Assembly: GCF_006345805.1 (NCBI RefSeq)
Contig: NC_043004.1
Coordinates: 12,338,001-12,402,000 of the forward strand
DNA length: 64,000 bases
Origin: Octopus sinensis
Lineage: Eukaryota
Direction of reading: 5' to 3'
In this document: positions 62,756 to 64,000 of the stretch, in pieces
Layout: every line of letters begins with the position of its first letter
Numbering within the stretch: the stretch's first letter is position 1
The notes under the pieces: generated by a model
What the model was told of the DNA's origin: nothing
What the model saw: the letters and a program-made list of their open reading frames with translations, nothing else
Databases searched by the model: none
Position numbers and translations under genes: made by a program

Positions 62756-62786
62756 CTCATGAAGTTTCTGCGTGGAGTAAGGAATT

Positions 62787-63025
62787 TCCGGAAATTGAAA
62801 GAAGCCCGTCGTATGTGTGTGTGTGTCTGTCTGTCTGTCTTTGTCCCTGCACCATCGCGTGATAACCAATTCTGGTGTGTTTACGTCCCCGTAACTTAGC
62901 GGTTCGGCAAAATGATAGATAGAATAAGGACCAAGCTTACAAGGAATAAGTCCTGCGGCCGATTTGTTCGACTAAAGGCGATGCTCCAGCATCGCCGCAG
63001 TCAAATGACCGAAACAAATATAAAG
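62787..63025 (+). mobile_element. SINE family 1, 3' half
   Basis: Runs from GAAAGAAGCCCGTCG through the tail. Confidence 0.8.
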
Positions 63026-63046
63026 AAACACAAAAAGAATTGCAAT

Positions 63047-63081
<35 letters not shown>

Positions 63082-63439
63082 CGAACAGCAATATGAATCA
63101 TTGTTATATTTTTACTGAAGAGTATGAATATAGGAAGCGAAAGATTTTAAGTGACTCCTTATATATCGATTGATCAAAGTCTTTCAATGTAAAAAGTAAG
63201 GCCTTTTTCATTCAACTCATTTGTATGTTGATGTAATTCCTCAATTAACTGTTTCTTCAGCTGAGCTTGCCGCAACTAACCAAAAGTAAAAAGAAAAAAA
63301 GAGATAAATTAATTTATTAATTAACAATCAAGATTATTTTCTCTTTTATATTGTAGAAATGTCAGCATTTGTCTCCATCTAGTTTATGTTCTTATGTTGT
63401 TGTTGTGTGAACTTACTATTATTAAAACAAAATATGCGT

Positions 63440-63451
63440 GTGCGCGCGTAT

Positions 63452-63505
<54 letters not shown>

Positions 63506-63646
63506 ATATGTATGCGTACATACATATATATACATATGTATATGTACATATAGTTAAATATGTATGCGTACATATAGTTAAATATATATATATATATATA
63601 TATAATATATATATATATAAATATATACGTATGCATGCATGTATGT

Positions 63647-63681
<35 letters not shown>

Positions 63682-63761
63682 CATATAAATATGTATGCGT
63701 ACATACATATATATACATATGTATATGTACATATAGTTAAATATGTATGCGTACATATAGT

Positions 63762-63807
<46 letters not shown>

Positions 63808-63825
63808 TATACGTATGCATGCATG

Positions 63826-63860
<35 letters not shown>

Positions 63861-63905
63861 GTATGTATGCATGTATGTATGTATGTATACACATACATAC
63901 GTACA
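63440..63905. repeat. TA-rich compound repeat with a ~180-bp tandem duplication
   Basis: ATACATATAAATATGTATGCGTACATAC...AGTTAAATAT recurs at ~63495 and ~63680. Confidence 0.85.
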
Positions 63906-64000
63906 TACAGAATATAATTAAGATTCAGCTGAATTAGGTACTTAAATTGAGCCACCTTGCCAGTTCCGTATAGTCCGCATGGCACAACAACATTAGTTGA

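Noticed and set aside
3487-63985. Numerous ORF-track entries with IY/CV/HT/poly-N/poly-I/poly-E translations
   Set aside because: They are translations of di- and trinucleotide microsatellites, with no splice-supported or domain-like content.

Overview
This is AT-rich, microsatellite-laden metazoan genomic DNA, most likely octopus or another cephalopod (inferred from the SINE families and repeat landscape). The only host gene I can support is the 3' half of a secreted class-2 semaphorin on the + strand: 7 exons at 357-12688 with phase-compatible GT-AG introns, encoding the Sema C-terminus, PSI, Ig and a short tail. The remaining ~51 kb is a transposon-rich interval. It holds three tRNA-derived SINE families, many R4/Dong-type RLE LINE fragments in microsatellites, RTE, CR1, Penelope and gypsy relics, a full-length decayed mariner, MITEs and Helentron-type HINEs. 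The most notable structure is an L1/Tx1-clade retrotransposon system. (i) A ~5.35 kb LINE with an intact 1134-aa ORF2 sits inside the head of a SINE whose 3' tail it shares. (ii) The same SINE nucleotide (GGTATTTCGTCTG) is the junction in SINE-in-SINE tandem arrays at 25 kb and 62.6 kb. (iii) ORF1-only (HAL1-like) relatives are stacked head-to-tail at a similar target (GGTGTCTCC(TT)CTCTG). Together these suggest a sequence-preferring LINE/SINE/half-LINE trio that targets its own partner SINE. Family names come from motif recognition; no database searches were run.
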